A DNA stretch of 63,475 bases, counting the filler. It is 6 parts of 6 records of this genome, joined end to end, with 100 filler letters (N's around TTAATTAATTAA, not from the genome) between each part and the next. Parts side by side here need not be neighbours in the genome. Positions count along the whole stretch, not along the records: positions 55,088 to 63,475 come from SRR22947725_1742; 5 more parts are not named here. One strand, written 5' to 3'. Shown piece by piece: positions 63,386 to 63,475 of the stretch. The position numbers and the translations under genes are program-made. The notes below the pieces were generated by a model. It ran no database searches. It was not told the DNA's origin and saw only the letters and a program-made list of their open reading frames with translations. The stretch's first letter is position 1, and every line of letters starts with the position of its first letter.

Positions 63386-63475
63386 AAATAAAAATATAAC
63401 CTATATCAATTCGGCAGTTTTTAAAATATGTTATAGAATTAATCCATCATTATTTAAATAATGAAGGAGTAAATA

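Overview
This window is not one locus. It is six unrelated contigs joined by artificial 100-bp spacers (N-run/TTAATTAATTAA/N-run). Taxon calls are inferred from gene content and composition. (1) 1-12267, mid-GC, probably marine Verrucomicrobia: rho 3' end, WYL regulator, tilS, tRNA-Pro(GGG), GreA/B-like gene, gspF-H-I-J-K, bioD, metallophosphoesterase and a truncated ASPIC/FG-GAP gene. Its first and last 30 nt are identical, giving an apparent circle with an in-frame chimeric junction. (2) 12368-27748, AT-rich, SAR86-like accessory region: a DTE proteorhodopsin, photolyase-neighbourhood small genes (DUF2256, TIGR03643, CIA30, SDR), three paralogous secreted C-x22-C mini-proteins, and a passenger-less inverse-autotransporter barrel tightly linked to a Cys-rich secreted partner. 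That pair is the best candidate for an undescribed system. (3) 27849-39574, SAR86-like: MATE pump, sdhAB-sucAB-lpdA-sucCD, and an acyltransferase with a probable ATT start. (4) 39675-44855, low-GC alphaproteobacterial his operon. (5) 44956-54987, Rhodobacteraceae-like aromatic catabolic cluster with three classes of ring-cleaving dioxygenase. (6) 55088-63475, low-GC actinobacterium (Ca. Actinomarina-like): folB-folK-panC-coaX-lysS, polyprenyl synthase, clpC, nucleoside hydrolase. No CRISPR array, rRNA, integrase or transposase was seen. All calls are by eye; no database searches were run.
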